The notes under the pieces: model-generated | Seen by the model: only the letters and a program-made list of their open reading frames with translations | The model's database searches: none | What the model was told of the DNA's origin: nothing | Assembly (NCBI GenBank): GCA_965219685.1 | Contig: CBDCOH010000002.1 | Location: forward strand, 2,304,001-2,368,000 | Origin: Candidatus Spongiisociaceae bacterium | Lineage (GTDB): Bacteria > Actinomycetota > Acidimicrobiia > Spongiisociales > Spongiisociaceae | Length of the DNA stretch: 64,000 nucleotides | Reading direction: 5' to 3' | Shown: positions 11,126-21,327 of the stretch, piece after piece | How the letters are laid out: the number at the start of each line of letters is the position of its first letter | How positions within the stretch are numbered: position 1 is the stretch's first letter | Translations under genes and position numbers: made by a program

Positions 11126-12655
11126 TCAATGCCTGAACTGGCGTTCGCCGGTGAACACCATCGAGAGGCCCAGGGCATCGGCTGCCTCGATCACCACCCG
11201 GTCGCTGACCGACCCGCCCGGCTGCACCACGGTGGTGACCCCCGCTGCCGCCGCCGCCTCGACACCATCCGGGAAGGGGAAGAAGCCATCGGATGCGCAC
11301 ACCCCTCCCACTACCCTCCCCCCGGCCTTGGCCGACGCCATGTCGACCGCACCCACCCGGTCCTTGTGTCCACCCGCGATCCCCCATGCGGTCCCGTCCT
11401 TCGCCATGACGACGGCGTTGGAAGAGACGTAGGCGCAAACAGCCCACGCGAACGCCGCGTCCGCATGCTCGCCTGGAGTCGGCTTCCGCCCGGTGACCAC
11501 ACTCCAGTCCCGGGGTCGAGTGGGAAAACCGGGGGAGGCCTGGACCAACCAGCCACCCTCGATCTGGCGGACGGTTCGTGGGGGGGAATCCGGTGCGGGC
11601 GCCTCGAGGATGCGGGTACCTGCCCTCCGCGCACGGATCCGGTCTATCACGCCGTCGGCGAACCCGGGAGCGATGACCACGTCGGCCTGTGGCGATTGCT
11701 CCAAGCATGCCACCGTCTCGGTGTCCATCACCCTGTTGACGGCCACCACCCCTCCGAAGGAGGCGCGTCGATCACACTCGATCGCCCTGCCGTAGGCATC
11801 AGCCAGATCCACTCTCACCGCCACACCGCACGGGGCCGCATGTTTGATCACCGCCACCGCCGGGCGACCACCCAGATCGTGCACCAGCGCCCAGGCAGCC
11901 CCCGCATCCAGAAGGTTCAGGTAACTGAGCGGGACTCCCCCGTGCTGGATGGTGCGGTCCCACCACTCGGAGCCGCCCGCACCCTTCCCGCCCATCCGGC
12001 GGTACCGGGCCCCGGGCTGGTGGGGGTTCTCGCCGTAGCGGAGCGGGTCCGCCCGCTCCAGCGTGATGTGCAGGGTCGGTGGGAGCACCGGAGGACTTCC
12101 CTCCGAGTCATCGAACCAGGCCACGATCGCAGAGTCGTACGCCGCCGTCCGGGCAAAGGCCGTGCGGGCCAGGCTCCGCCTGGTCGCAAGGGACAGTTCC
12201 CCGGTCGAGCGCAGTTCGTCGAGCACCCTCCCATAGTCACCGGGATCGACCACCACCCCTACATGGGCATGGTTCTTGGCCGCGGCCCTTACGAGGGCAG
12301 GACCACCGATGTCGATCATCTCGACGCCCGGCGCCTTGGCGAACGGGTACAGGTTGACCACCACCAGGTCGATGGGATCGATGCGGTGCTCCTCCAGTTC
12401 GGCCACATGCGCAGGATCGTTGCGCTCGGCAAGTATCCCCCCGTGGATCCGCGGATGGAGGGTCACGACCCTGTGTCCCAGCATGGGCGGGCTCCCGGTG
12501 TGGTCGGCCACATCGGTGACCTCCAAGCCTGCCCCCTCGAGCACGCGGGCCGTGCCGCCGCTGCTGAGCAGGTCCCATCCCAACCCGGACAATCCGGCGG
12601 CCAGTTCCACCACACCGCTCTTGTCGTAGACCGACAGCAGCGCCCTGCGTCTCAC
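11126..12655 (-). CDS. purH: Bifunctional AICAR transformylase/IMP cyclohydrolase
   Basis: RALLSVYDKSG, IDIGGPALVRAAAKN, LRYGENPHQ, ASDGFFPFPDG, FTGERQFRH. Confidence 0.96.
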   Translation of the reverse strand: MRRRALLSVYDKSGVVELAAGLSGLGWDLLSSGGTARVLEGAGLEVTDVADHTGSPPMLGHRVVTLHPRIHGGILAERNDPAHVAELEEHRIDPIDLVVVNLYPFAKAPGVEMIDIGGPALVRAAAKNHAHVGVVVDPGDYGRVLDELRSTGELSLATRRSLARTAFARTAAYDSAIVAWFDDSEGSPPVLPPTLHITLERADPLRYGENPHQPGARYRRMGGKGAGGSEWWDRTIQHGGVPLSYLNLLDAGAAWALVHDLGGRPAVAVIKHAAPCGVAVRVDLADAYGRAIECDRRASFGGVVAVNRVMDTETVACLEQSPQADVVIAPGFADGVIDRIRARRAGTRILEAPAPDSPPRTVRQIEGGWLVQASPGFPTRPRDWSVVTGRKPTPGEHADAAFAWAVCAYVSSNAVVMAKDGTAWGIAGGHKDRVGAVDMASAKAGGRVVGGVCASDGFFPFPDGVEAAAAAGVTTVVQPGGSVSDRVVIEAADALGLSMVFTGERQFRH

Positions 12656-12699
12656 GACCCGACCTCGACGGCGGGCATCACATCACTCCCGAGGCCATG

Positions 12700-13584
12700 T
12701 CAGAGGTCTTTCACCACCTCCACCATCAGAGCTCCCGCCTCGGTGGGGTTGGCGCCGACCCTGACCCCCGCCGCCCGAAGGGCTTCGATTTTCGCCTTGG
12801 CCGTCCCCTTGCCCCCTGAGACGATTGCCCCTGCATGACCCATCTTCTTGCCGGGAGGCGCCGTGATTCCGGCCACGTAGGCGACCACCGGCTTCGTCAT
12901 GCGAGCACTGATGAACTCGGCGGCCTCCTCCTCGGCCGAACCACCGATCTCGCCGATCATCATGACCGCCTCGGTCTCAGGATCATCCTCGAAGGCGGCC
13001 AGGCAGTCGGTGAACGAAGTGCCGGGTACGGGGTCACCGCCGATACCCACACATGTGGTTACGCCGATCCCGTTGAGCTTCAACTCGTAGAGGGCCTGGT
13101 AGGTGAGGGTTCCCGAGCGGCTCACGATCCCCACTGGACCCCCCGCGAGGGCGATGTGCCCGGCGGTTATGCCTATGTTGGCCCTGCCGGGACTGATGAT
13201 GCCCGGGCAGTTGGGACCGATCACGCGCACATCCGGATGATCGCGCAGCATCTTGTTGCAGAGCCACGCCTCGTCCTTGGCCGGAACTCCCTCGGTGATG
13301 ACCACCACAAGCCTCACACCCCCCTCGGCCGCTTCCACGACTGCCCCCCTGACGAACGGCGCCGGGATGAACAGGCAGGACACGTCGGCGCCGGTCGCCT
13401 CCACCGCGTCGGCAACCGTGGCGAACACCGGGATCCCGTCCACGTCCGACCCGGCCTTGAAGGGGTTGGTCCCGGCCACGACCTTGGTGCCGTAGTCCCT
13501 GTTTCGCAGTCCGTAGAACCGTCCCTGCCGCCCCGTGAGGCCCTGGTAGACGACCCGGCTGTCGCCGTCCACCCAGATGCTCAC
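12700..13584 (-). CDS. sucD: Succinyl-CoA ligase alpha subunit
   Basis: [29 protein letters not shown]. Confidence 0.97.
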   Translation of the reverse strand: MSIWVDGDSRVVYQGLTGRQGRFYGLRNRDYGTKVVAGTNPFKAGSDVDGIPVFATVADAVEATGADVSCLFIPAPFVRGAVVEAAEGGVRLVVVITEGVPAKDEAWLCNKMLRDHPDVRVIGPNCPGIISPGRANIGITAGHIALAGGPVGIVSRSGTLTYQALYELKLNGIGVTTCVGIGGDPVPGTSFTDCLAAFEDDPETEAVMMIGEIGGSAEEEAAEFISARMTKPVVAYVAGITAPPGKKMGHAGAIVSGGKGTAKAKIEALRAAGVRVGANPTEAGALMVEVVKDL

Positions 13585-14729
13585 GACCCGCCTCCTGCCA
13601 GTTCCACCGCCTTGGCCGCCCCCGCCGGCATCGAGTCGGCCAGCATCAGCATCTCCGACAGCCGGGATGCGATCATGGCGCGGCCCTGCTCGGCGTTCGT
13701 ACCGTCAAGACGCAGGACGATCGGCGACCTCATCTCCACCCTGTCCAGCGCTTCGAGGATGCCCTGGGCTACCACCTCCCCCTTGACTATGCCCCCGAAG
13801 ATGTTGATGAAGATCGCCCGCACCGCGGGGTCGTTGTTGATCACCTCGAGGGCGCCCGCCATGGTGTCCACATCCGCCCCTCCTCCTATATCGAGGAAGT
13901 TGGCGGCCGCACCGCCCGCCTGCGCGACCACATCGACAGTGCTCATGGCCAGTCCCGCCCCGTTGGCGATCACCCCGACCGCGCCGTCGAGACCCACGTA
14001 CTGCAGTCCGCGCCCGTGGGCCGCGGTCTCCCGCTCATCCCTGGGCTGGGTGGCGTCGTACTCCTCGTACTCGGGATGCCGGAAGCGGGAGTTGGCGTCC
14101 AGGGTGACCTTGGCGTCGAGGACCCGGACGCGTCCGTCCGGGGTGAGGATGAGGGGATTGATCTCCACCAGGTCGGCGTCGCCTTCCACGAAGGCCTCGT
14201 AAAGCTTGAGCAATACCTCCACCAGTTCGTCGGCGGCCGTCTCATCGAGGCGAGCGGATGCGACCCACCTGCGTGCCTCCGCTTCGCTCAGACCCTCGAC
14301 GGGATCAACCCACACTTTGGCGATGCTGTCGGGATCCGACTCCGCCACGGCCTCGATGTCCACCCCTCCCCGTGCGGACAGGATCCCCAGATACCGGCGG
14401 GCGGAGCGGTCCAGCGTGAAACTGGCGTAATACTCGGCAGCGATCTGCGCGGCTTCCTCCATGAGCACGCACCCCACCGTGTGCCCCCCGATGTCCATGC
14501 CCAGGATGGACTCGGTGGCGGTCACCACTTCGCCCGCGTCCCTGGCCAGCTTGATCCCGCCGGCCTTGCCCCTTCCCCCGATGTGAACTTGAGCTTTGAC
14601 AACTACGGGATAGCCGAGCCTCTCCGCGATCTCACGGGCCTCTGAGGCGCCGAGGGCCACGAATCCCGGGGACACGGGAAGCCCGTGGCTGGCGAAGAAC
14701 TCTTTTCCCTGGTATTCGAGAAGATCCAC
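13581..14729 (-). CDS. sucC: Succinyl-CoA ligase beta subunit
   Basis: DLLEYQGKE, KAQVHIGGRGKAGG, NGAGLAMST, ANFLDIGGGA; GTG 14729 follows a TAGAAT -10. Confidence 0.96.
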   Translation of the reverse strand: MDLLEYQGKEFFASHGLPVSPGFVALGASEAREIAERLGYPVVVKAQVHIGGRGKAGGIKLARDAGEVVTATESILGMDIGGHTVGCVLMEEAAQIAAEYYASFTLDRSARRYLGILSARGGVDIEAVAESDPDSIAKVWVDPVEGLSEAEARRWVASARLDETAADELVEVLLKLYEAFVEGDADLVEINPLILTPDGRVRVLDAKVTLDANSRFRHPEYEEYDATQPRDERETAAHGRGLQYVGLDGAVGVIANGAGLAMSTVDVVAQAGGAAANFLDIGGGADVDTMAGALEVINNDPAVRAIFINIFGGIVKGEVVAQGILEALDRVEMRSPIVLRLDGTNAEQGRAMIASRLSEMLMLADSMPAGAAKAVELAGGGS

Positions 14730-14842
14730 GGAGCGTGATTCTATCCGAGTGTCAGGCGGCATCCATCGGTGAAGGCGATCACCACCTTGTCCACCTAAAA
14801 CCGCCGGAGACGGTCCAGCCCGTCCTACGGAACGGGTCCCGG

Positions 14843-14993
14843 TCAGACCCGGATTACCTCCAGTTCATCGAGCAAAGGGAAGTCGTCGTCCTGGGTGACA
14901 ACGGCCACATCGAGCGCCACGCCCTCACCGCAATCCAACGAGTCGTTGACCGGCATCCGTCAAGACCGACGTGGCCGCGAGCCCCCGGCTCAC
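14843..14993 (-). pseudogene. vapC: VapC PIN-domain toxin remnant (internally deleted, frameshifted)
   Basis: GTG-SRGLAATSV (cf. RALADTSV) joined to RMPVNDS/WIAV.../ALDVAVVTQDDDFPLLDELEVIRV* in shifting frames. Confidence 0.75.
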
Positions 14994-15140
14994 CTCCACG
15001 GAAGATCGTCGGTGGTTTCGCCGGCCGGCCGGGCAAGATCCTCGGTCAGGCCGGCATCGGTCTGGTGGATCAGAATCTCGCGGACAAATCGGTCTCGCGA
15101 CATCCAAGTCGGTCGCTGGGGGACGGGCGACAATTCGGCC
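14990..15140 (-). pseudogene. vapB: VapB (Phd/YefM) antitoxin C-terminal remnant
   Basis: AELSPVPQRPTWMSRDRF...QTDAGLTEDLARPAGETTDDLPWR* resembles the mycobacterial VapB5 C-terminus; GTGA overlap with vapC. Confidence 0.7.
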
Positions 15141-15156
15141 CCCGGCCCTTCGCTGC

Positions 15157-15549
15157 TCAGCGGGTCCTCACGTTCGACTCCACCCATCCGGTCACCTCGG
15201 CGAGGGGGGTTCCGGGAGTGAAAATGGCCCCCATTCCCTGCTCCTTGAGCCGCTCGGCATCGTGATCGGGCACTATCCCACCGCCGAACACGACGATGTC
15301 ATCGATGGCCTGCGCCCTCAGCAACTCGACGACCGCGGGAAAGAGGGTCATGTGGGCCCCCGAGAGAGTGGACAGACCGATAGCATCGACATCTTCGTGG
15401 ATGGCCGTCTCGACGATCTGCGCGGGAGTCTGGTGCAACCCCGTGTAGATAACCTCGTTACCGGCGTCCCTCAAGGCTCTGGCCACCACCTTGGCGCCGC
15501 GGTCGTGACCGTCCAATCCCGGCTTGGCGATCAGGATGCGCCTGGGCAC
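15157..15549 (-). CDS. Cobalamin B12-binding domain protein (methylmalonyl-CoA mutase C-terminal subunit)
   Basis: AKPGLDGHDRGAKVVARALRDAG, GLSTLSGAH, FGGGIVP. Confidence 0.95.
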   Translation of the reverse strand: MPRRILIAKPGLDGHDRGAKVVARALRDAGNEVIYTGLHQTPAQIVETAIHEDVDAIGLSTLSGAHMTLFPAVVELLRAQAIDDIVVFGGGIVPDHDAERLKEQGMGAIFTPGTPLAEVTGWVESNVRTR

Positions 15550-15559
15550 CGTCCGGTCC

Positions 15560-16708
15560 TCACGTCCCCGGCCCGGAACGCGAACCGGCGGCTGACATCG
15601 CCTCTCGTTTCCGCTCGATGTCGCCGATCATCTCGCGGAACGAGTCCACGAAGCTCCCTACTCCCTGCCGCTCCAGCTTGGCGGCCACATCGTCGTAGTC
15701 GATCCCCACCGCCTCGAGGTCCTTGAGAACCAACACCCCATCGTTCATCTGCCGGACGCCGAGCGCCTCGGGCCGGTCGGGGCCGTGGTCCTCGTAGGCG
15801 GCCAGGGCCGACTCGGGCAGGGTGTTGATGGTCTCGGGCGCCACGAGCGTATCTATGTAGAGGGTGTCTGAGTAGTCGGGGTTCTTGGTCGACGTGGACG
15901 CCCACAGGGGCTTCTGCACCCGGGCCCCGAGACGGCACAGTTCGTGCCAGCGATCCGACGAGAAGGCTCTCAGGAACTCGAGATAAGCGACCCGGGCGTT
16001 GGCCACGGCGGCCCGACCTCGGAGCGCGAGCGCCTCGGGCGTTCCGATCGTCTCCAGCCGCGAGTCAACCTCGGTGTCGAATCGCGATACGAAGAACGAA
16101 GCAACCGATGTGACCGCCGCCGGACGCCCGCCCGCCCGGACGAACCTCTCCAGACCGGTGAGGTACGCGTCGATGACGGACTCGTACCGGTCGAGGGAGA
16201 AGATGAGCGTGACGTTCACGGAAATCCCCTCTGCGATCAGATCCTCGACCGCGGTTACGCCCTCCTTCGTGGCGGGTACCTTGATCAGCAGGTTGGGCCG
16301 GTTGACCCGCTTCACCCAGTCCCGCGCCTCCTCGACGGTGGGCGCCGGGTCGTGCGCCAACTCCGGAGACACTTCAACCGAGACGAAACCGTCCAGCCCC
16401 CCCGTCCTGCGATGGACGGGCTCCAAGACATCGCAGGCCCGGCGGATGTCGCTGGTTACCACCGCCGTGTAGATCTCGTCGACGCTCGCGTCGCGCTCCA
16501 CGAGGTCACCGATCTGGGCGTCGTAGGAGTCACCCGACGTCACCGCCTTGGCGAAGATGGTCGGATTGGAGGTGACACCGCTGATCGCCCTGCCCAGGTA
16601 GCGATCGAGTTCCCGCGACTCGAGCATCTCCCTGGAGATCGAGTCGAGCCAGACCGATTGGCCCAGCCCCGCGAGGTTGTGAAGCCTGGAGTTACTGCTC
16701 CCCGACAC
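15560..16708 (-). CDS. tal: Transaldolase (actinobacterial type)
   Basis: GQSVWLD, GVTSNPTIF, IKVPAT, NVTLIFS, VASFFVSR, PLWASTSTKNP. Confidence 0.95.
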   Translation of the reverse strand: MSGSSNSRLHNLAGLGQSVWLDSISREMLESRELDRYLGRAISGVTSNPTIFAKAVTSGDSYDAQIGDLVERDASVDEIYTAVVTSDIRRACDVLEPVHRRTGGLDGFVSVEVSPELAHDPAPTVEEARDWVKRVNRPNLLIKVPATKEGVTAVEDLIAEGISVNVTLIFSLDRYESVIDAYLTGLERFVRAGGRPAAVTSVASFFVSRFDTEVDSRLETIGTPEALALRGRAAVANARVAYLEFLRAFSSDRWHELCRLGARVQKPLWASTSTKNPDYSDTLYIDTLVAPETINTLPESALAAYEDHGPDRPEALGVRQMNDGVLVLKDLEAVGIDYDDVAAKLERQGVGSFVDSFREMIGDIERKREAMSAAGSRSGPGT

Positions 16709-16859
16709 TTTCGTACCTCCCTATGGTCAGCCCTGCCGCGGCCCCACCTCCGGCTTGGCCCCGGCCTCGACGCCGTTGACCCCACGCTAGGGCGTGTTCA
16801 CTCTACCGGCTCCGTCCACTTTGTAAGTCCGATCACGGAGTCCGCCTCCCGGGAGGCGG

Positions 16860-19097
16860 TCAGATCTTGGAGAGAGGCGCCCAGCAGAGGAGCAGCCGTT
16901 TGTGGCCGGCCGTCTCGAACAGGACCTCGACCTCGGCCCGGTCCCCTTCGCCCGTGACCGCCTGAACGCGGCCCATCCCCCACTTGTCGTGCCTCACTCG
17001 ATCACCCGCCGATATCTCCCGGTCGGACAGGGGGCCGCCCCGGTCCGCGATCGACTCCTTGCGGGCGTCCCGTTTCCGGAACCGGACGTTGCTCATCAGG
17101 TCGAGAGGGATCTCCTTGAGGAAGCGGGAAGGTCCGTTGTGAGAGGACATCCCGTAGAGCATCCGGGTCCGCGAGCGGGACAGGTAGAGGCGGCGGCGGG
17201 CCCTGGTCAACCCCACGTAGCAGAGCCGCCTCTCCTCCTCAAGTTCGTCGGGGTCGGTCAGGGACCGTGCGTGGGGGAACACTCCGTCCTCCATCCCGAC
17301 TATGAACACCACCGGGAACTCGAGGCCCTTGGCGTTGTGCAGGGTCATCAGCGTGACCGCGCCACTCCCCTCCTCGAGATCGTCGATGTCTCCCCTCAGG
17401 CTGACCGACTCCAGATAGAGCTCCAGGCGCCGGAGCCCCTCCAATTCATCCCATGGCTCCGTCTCCGCCGCCTGCCTGCGCGACTCGACCTCGAACTCCT
17501 CGGCGCCGGATACCAGCTCCCGCAGGTTATCGGCCCTGCCCAGGGCCTCGAAAGTACCGTCTGCTTCGACCGACTCCAGATAGCCGACATCTTCCAGGAC
17601 CGCCTTGACCAGGGCGGCAGGACCGTCGTCGACCCTCCGCCGGAGATCCTCCACCAAGCGCAGGAATCCACGGATCGCATTGGCGGACCGGGTGGCGAGC
17701 GCGCCGATCTCGTCGCTGTGGCCCAGCGCGGTGAAGAAGGAGACGCCTTCCGCCTCGGCGTACCTCTCCACGTGCCCGATCGTGACATTGCCTATGCCGC
17801 GCCGGGGAAGGTTGACGATGCGCCGCACCGAGATGTCGTCATCCGGGTTGCAGAGGACGCGCAAGTAGGCGAGCACGTCCTTGATCTCGCGGCGCTCGTA
17901 GAACCTGACCGACCCGATCACGTTGTGGTGGATCTCGTATCGGCCGAGCACCTCCTCCATAACCCGGCTCTGGGCGTTGACCCGGTAGAAGACCGCCATC
18001 TCGGAGAGGTCGAAGCCCTCGGACTCGAGATTGAACACCTCGTCGGCCACGAACCCGGCCTCGTCACGTTCGTCCTCGGCGTCGTAGAGCATCAAGGGTC
18101 TGCCGATTCCGAGATCGCTCCACAGGCGTTTGGGCCGGCGGGACCCGTTGTTGGAGATGACGGCGTTGGCAGCGGAGAGGATGGTCTCGGTCGAGCGGTA
18201 GTTCTGGTCGAGCACCACCACCTTCGCCTCTGGAAAGTCGCGCTCGAAGTCGAGGATGTTGCGGATGTCGGCGCCCCGGAAGCGGTAGATCGACTGGTCG
18301 GCGTCCCCTACCGCACAGATGTTGCGGTGCCGGCCGGCAAGTTGCTTCACGAGCACGTACTGGGCCCGGTTGGTGTCCTGGAACTCGTCCACGTGGAGGT
18401 AGCGGAAGCGGTCCTGGTAATGCTCCAGCAAGTCCGGGAAGGCATCGAACAGCACGGTGGTGACCATCAGCAGGTCGTCGAAGTCCATCGCCGAGGCTTC
18501 CACCAGCCGCTGCTGGTAGAGGCGGTACACATCGGCCACGATCTCGTGATGGAACCCGTATCCCTGGCCCCCGAAGGCCTCGTAGTCGATCAGTTCGTTC
18601 TTGGCTTTCGAGATGGTGGCCCGGATTGACCGAGGTGGGAACTTCTTGGTGTCGAGGCCCAGGTCCCGCACCACCAGTGAGACGGCCCGCAGTGAGTCGC
18701 GAGAGTCGTAGATCGTGAAGCCGGACCGGTATCCCAGCCGGGGCGCCTCGCGGCGCAGGATCCGGACGCACGCGGAGTGGAACGTGGAAACCCACATGGT
18801 GCGTGCCGCGCGACCCACCAGGCGCCCGACCCGCTCCTTCATCTCCCCTGCTGCCTTGTTGGTGAACGTGATGGCCAGCACGTCCCAGGGTGATACGTGC
18901 AGATCACGGATGAGGTGGGCAACCCGGTAGGTGAGCACCCGCGTCTTGCCCGAGCCCGCGCCTGCAACGACCAGCACCGGTCCTTCGGTGGTAGCCACCG
19001 CCTCCCGCTGCACCGGGTTGAGATCGTCGAAGAGTACCGAGTCGACGGTCTCGGACCGCGCGGGATTGGTTTCCATCAACTTGACCATGCCGGCCAT
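16860..19097 (-). CDS. pcrA: ATP-dependent DNA helicase PcrA/UvrD
   Basis: AGAGSGKT, VDEFQDTN, VGDADQSIY, QNYRST, TLHNAKGLEF, EERRLCYVG. Confidence 0.96.
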   Translation of the reverse strand: MAGMVKLMETNPARSETVDSVLFDDLNPVQREAVATTEGPVLVVAGAGSGKTRVLTYRVAHLIRDLHVSPWDVLAITFTNKAAGEMKERVGRLVGRAARTMWVSTFHSACVRILRREAPRLGYRSGFTIYDSRDSLRAVSLVVRDLGLDTKKFPPRSIRATISKAKNELIDYEAFGGQGYGFHHEIVADVYRLYQQRLVEASAMDFDDLLMVTTVLFDAFPDLLEHYQDRFRYLHVDEFQDTNRAQYVLVKQLAGRHRNICAVGDADQSIYRFRGADIRNILDFERDFPEAKVVVLDQNYRSTETILSAANAVISNNGSRRPKRLWSDLGIGRPLMLYDAEDERDEAGFVADEVFNLESEGFDLSEMAVFYRVNAQSRVMEEVLGRYEIHHNVIGSVRFYERREIKDVLAYLRVLCNPDDDISVRRIVNLPRRGIGNVTIGHVERYAEAEGVSFFTALGHSDEIGALATRSANAIRGFLRLVEDLRRRVDDGPAALVKAVLEDVGYLESVEADGTFEALGRADNLRELVSGAEEFEVESRRQAAETEPWDELEGLRRLELYLESVSLRGDIDDLEEGSGAVTLMTLHNAKGLEFPVVFIVGMEDGVFPHARSLTDPDELEEERRLCYVGLTRARRRLYLSRSRTRMLYGMSSHNGPSRFLKEIPLDLMSNVRFRKRDARKESIADRGGPLSDREISAGDRVRHDKWGMGRVQAVTGEGDRAEVEVLFETAGHKRLLLCWAPLSKI

Positions 19098-19118
19098 CTT
19101 ACCGGCGGTCCATGACAG

Positions 19119-19140
19119 CTAATCACACAGCTGTGATTAG
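19119..19140. promoter_or_regulatory. Palindromic operator-like site CTAATCACA-N4-TGTGATTAG
   Basis: Perfect 9-bp inverted repeat in the divergent pcrA/oxidoreductase spacer. Confidence 0.55.
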
Positions 19141-19266
19141 ACCGCTCGTGGGCACGAACGGTCACCTGAAAGGGATGTTCGGCGGCACGCAGTCAAGCGT
19201 GTCTCCGCATTAGGTCGGTAGTGCCAGAATGCCCCCACCCGAACACGCCACCGTCAGGAGACCGCG

Positions 19267-20469
19267 ATGAGCAACCTCCCCCTATACCTGCGGCCAGGGC
19301 GGATCGGGCCGGTTACCATCGCCAACCGGATCGTGCGCGCCGCCACGTCGGAGACCATGGCGACACCCGACGGGGAGGTGCTGGACAGCTACGTGGACCT
19401 GTATCGTCGCCTCGCCGACGGCGGAGCGGGCCTCATCCTCACCGGACACATGTACGTCGACCCCCGTGGGCAGGCCAGCCGCAACCAGACGGGGATCCAC
19501 CGCGATGGAGTGATCCCTTCGCTCCGGCGCGCTACCGACTCCGTGCACGAGGCCGGCGGGAGGATTTTCGCCCAACTCGGCCATTGCGGTAGCCAGACCA
19601 AGATGTCTTCCATCACCCCCGTCGCGCCTTCTCCGGTGCCGAACGCCATGTACGCCAAGCAACCCGAGGAACTGTCGGCAGCCGGCATCGAGGCATTGGT
19701 GCGAGCCTTCGGCCACGCCGCCGGGCGGGCAGCCGAGGCGGGCTTCGACGGCGTCCACATTCACGGCGGCAACGGCTATCTGATCTCGGAGTTCTGCTCG
19801 CCGCACGCCAACACGCGGGAGGACCGATGGGGTGGGGACCCCGAGCGCCGCAGCCGCTTCTTCCTCGAGGTCTACAAGGCCGTACGCGCAGCGGTGGGAA
19901 CCGGCTTTCCCGTGACGGCGCGGCTCAGCGTGGAGGACTCCGTTCCGGGCGGCCTCCAGCGGGAGGAGTCGCTTCAGCGGGCCAAGCTGCTGGCCGGCCA
20001 CGGCATCGATGGATTCGAGACCACTTTCGGCGTCATGCGCAGCTACACGGAGAACATTCGCCCATACGTGGCGGTCGGCCGCGGCCAGGCTCTTCGACAG
20101 ATGCTGGTGCAACGGTCGTGGACCCCCGAGGGCGGGGAAGCCTATTACCGGCCCTTCGCTCGCGATGTCCGCAGAGCCGCTCGCGTGCCGGTCATCCTGG
20201 TGGGGGGCCTACGCACCACCGGGACCATGACCGATGTCCTGGCCTCCGGCGACGCCGACTTCCTCGCCATGGCCCGCCCGTTCATCCGCGAACCCGACCT
20301 CGTGCGCAAGCTGGAAGCGGGACGGACGGGCGGTGTCGAGTGCGTTTCGTGCAACATGTGCCTGGCCCACGACGGCTGGGACCCGTTGCAGTGCTGGCGC
20401 GACTCCCCGACCAACGTCATCCGCCACATCGGCAGGCACTACTGGACCAACCGCCGCAACCCCCAGTAG
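19267..20469 (+). CDS. NADH:flavin oxidoreductase (Old Yellow Enzyme family)
   Basis: NRIVRAAT, AQLGHCG, AGFDGVHIHGGNGYLISEF, NTREDRWGG, ARPFIREPDL. Confidence 0.92.
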   Translation: MSNLPLYLRPGRIGPVTIANRIVRAATSETMATPDGEVLDSYVDLYRRLADGGAGLILTGHMYVDPRGQASRNQTGIHRDGVIPSLRRATDSVHEAGGRIFAQLGHCGSQTKMSSITPVAPSPVPNAMYAKQPEELSAAGIEALVRAFGHAAGRAAEAGFDGVHIHGGNGYLISEFCSPHANTREDRWGGDPERRSRFFLEVYKAVRAAVGTGFPVTARLSVEDSVPGGLQREESLQRAKLLAGHGIDGFETTFGVMRSYTENIRPYVAVGRGQALRQMLVQRSWTPEGGEAYYRPFARDVRRAARVPVILVGGLRTTGTMTDVLASGDADFLAMARPFIREPDLVRKLEAGRTGGVECVSCNMCLAHDGWDPLQCWRDSPTNVIRHIGRHYWTNRRNPQ

Positions 20470-20507
20470 AAAGTGGCGCAGCCGCTGCCGGCTAGGACGG
20501 TTAGTTC

Positions 20508-20839
20508 CTAGTGTCCTGATTCTCTAGTTCGGCTGTGGTTTTGAAACGGGTTCAGTCATACGAGGGTTGGTTCTGTCACAGGCCTGCTGCATAGTGGTCG
20601 ATAACCGCAAAGCACCAACGGTCCGTTTCTCGGTACCGACCGGACCGGGTCGGGTTCATGTTGTCCACCAGACCCTCCCAGAGGGCAAGGCGGGACGCGT
20701 TTCGACGCTGAGGAGGCGGCGGTTGGGGGTGGGCCCGCTGGAGGAGACCGCCCTGGCAGTTTTCGCGGTCTCGGCTCCCGGAGATCGGCGTGTCCTGGGA
20801 GGCATAAGTGTTCAGCGAATCTCCGACTCAGGACACTAG
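20508..20839 (+). mobile_element. IS630-derived miniature (internally deleted) element
   Basis: Perfect terminal IR CTAGTGTCCTGA/TCAGGACACTAG with TA in a CTAG target; residual frame ends QRISDSGH*, like actinobacterial IS630 transposases. Confidence 0.75.
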
Positions 20840-20925
20840 TTGGTAGTTGGTAGTTGGTGAGCGGTGGCCACACCGGCAGGCCAAGTGTGCTAGTAGGCAA
20901 CCGGCAATAGGCAACCGGCAACCGA
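20837..20925. repeat. Bipartite heptamer element (TAGTTGG)x3-spacer-(GGCAACC)n; left array interrupted by the IS630 derivative
   Basis: Removing the element joins TAGTTCC (20502) to TAGTTGG units in register. Confidence 0.8.
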
Positions 20926-20926
20926 T

Positions 20927-21176
20927 CTACTCCCATTCGATGGTGGCGGGGGGTTTGGAGGAAATGTCGTAGGCGACCCGGTTGATGCCCGGCACCTCGT
21001 TCATGATCCGGCTCGAGATCCTTTCCAGAACGGGGTAAGGGATGCGGGCGAAGTAGGCCGTCATCGCATCCTCCGAGGTGACCGCCCGCACGATGAGCGC
21101 GTGCGCATAGGTACGGCCGTCGCCTTGGACCCCGACCGTCCTGACGGAGGGAAGGACCGCGAAGGACTGCCAGATG
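20927..21176 (-). pseudogene. guaA: Duplicated, diverged 3' end of guaA (250 bp)
   Basis: Direct repeat of 22385..22634 (offset 1458); about 19 differences by hand count, mostly synonymous. Confidence 0.95.
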
Positions 21177-21327
21177 GAGTCAACGAAGCAATCTGCGGAG
21201 TCGATCAGATGATTCGAGACAGCGCGACGCGCGAGCCCTGTATTGCAAGGCCCGGTCACGACAACCACATACTTGTGGTTGACTCCAGAGGCGATGCACG
21301 GCAGCTAATCGAGCGTATCACCGGGCC

